64,000 bases of DNA from contig NC_043010.1 in assembly GCF_006345805.1 (NCBI RefSeq), positions 34,658,001 to 34,722,000 on the forward strand, given 5' to 3'. The position numbers were made by a program, and so were the translations under genes. The DNA is from Octopus sinensis (lineage: Eukaryota). Positions 63,483 to 64,000 of this stretch are shown here, one piece after another. The stretch's first letter is position 1. Each line of letters starts with the position of its first letter. The notes beneath the pieces are model-generated. The model ran no database searches and was not told the origin of the DNA. It saw only the letters and a program-made list of their open reading frames with translations.

Positions 63483-64000
63483 TAGACAGATAGACAGATA
63501 GATAGACAGACAGACAGATCAATAAATACATAGATATAGTCACAAGCATGGCTGTGCAGTTAAGAATCTTGCTTTCCAACCATGTACTCTCAGATTTAAT
63601 TCTACTGCATAGAACCTTGAGCAAGTTTTTTTTTCTGCTACAGCGCATGACTGATCAAAGCCTTGTGAGTGGATTTGGTCAGCAGAAAGTAAAAAAGACA
63701 CATTCTATATACATGTGTGTGTGTGTGTGTTTGTGTATCATCATCATTTAACATCTGTTGTCCATGCATTGGAATATGTATGTATGTGGGTGTTTGCATG
63801 TACTTTTGTTTTGACAGCATATTATGATTTTAAACAACGGTGTCTATCGTACAAGTGATGTTGTTCATTTCCAGTCTTCCATGAACAACATGACAAGCCA
63901 TAGGAAAATATTACCTTGCTTGGAAGCAGGTAAAAGTAAAACACATCACATCCTTGCTAACCTACACCACTACACCTGTGCACACCTCTGTATGCATATA

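Noticed and set aside
347-63820. Most ORFs in the six-frame track (YI, CV, HT, MYVC, IYLS repeats)
   Set aside because: They are translations of TA, CA, CATA and GATA microsatellites that happen to lack stops.

Overview
Eukaryotic, AT-rich, microsatellite-saturated DNA that is almost entirely repeats. The repeat landscape resembles coleoid cephalopod (Octopus-like) DNA; this is inference, not a database result. There is no prokaryotic operon, CRISPR array, rRNA or intact tRNA gene, and nearly all listed ORFs are microsatellite artefacts. Recognisable coding remnants are all transposon-derived: a Penelope-like element (RT + GIY-YIG, 29.2-32.9 kb), a two-LTR Gypsy/Mag-type element lacking RT-RNaseH (52.7-56.4 kb), an R4/Dong LINE 3' end in a (TAA)n tract, several RTE LINE pieces and a mariner. 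Around them are four SINE-like families, hAT/Merlin/piggyBac-like MITEs with visible TSDs, and Helitron-like elements. Main discovery: five type I hammerhead ribozyme folds from four sequence-unrelated families. Several sit next to inverted terminal duplications, and one appears to be the tail of a tRNA-headed, (TAA)n-containing element, suggesting small ribozyme-bearing passengers of Penelope-like retrotransposition. A CpG island at about 24.3-25.4 kb, CpG-depleted flanks and a few splice-bounded segments hint at a long-intron host gene that I could not identify.
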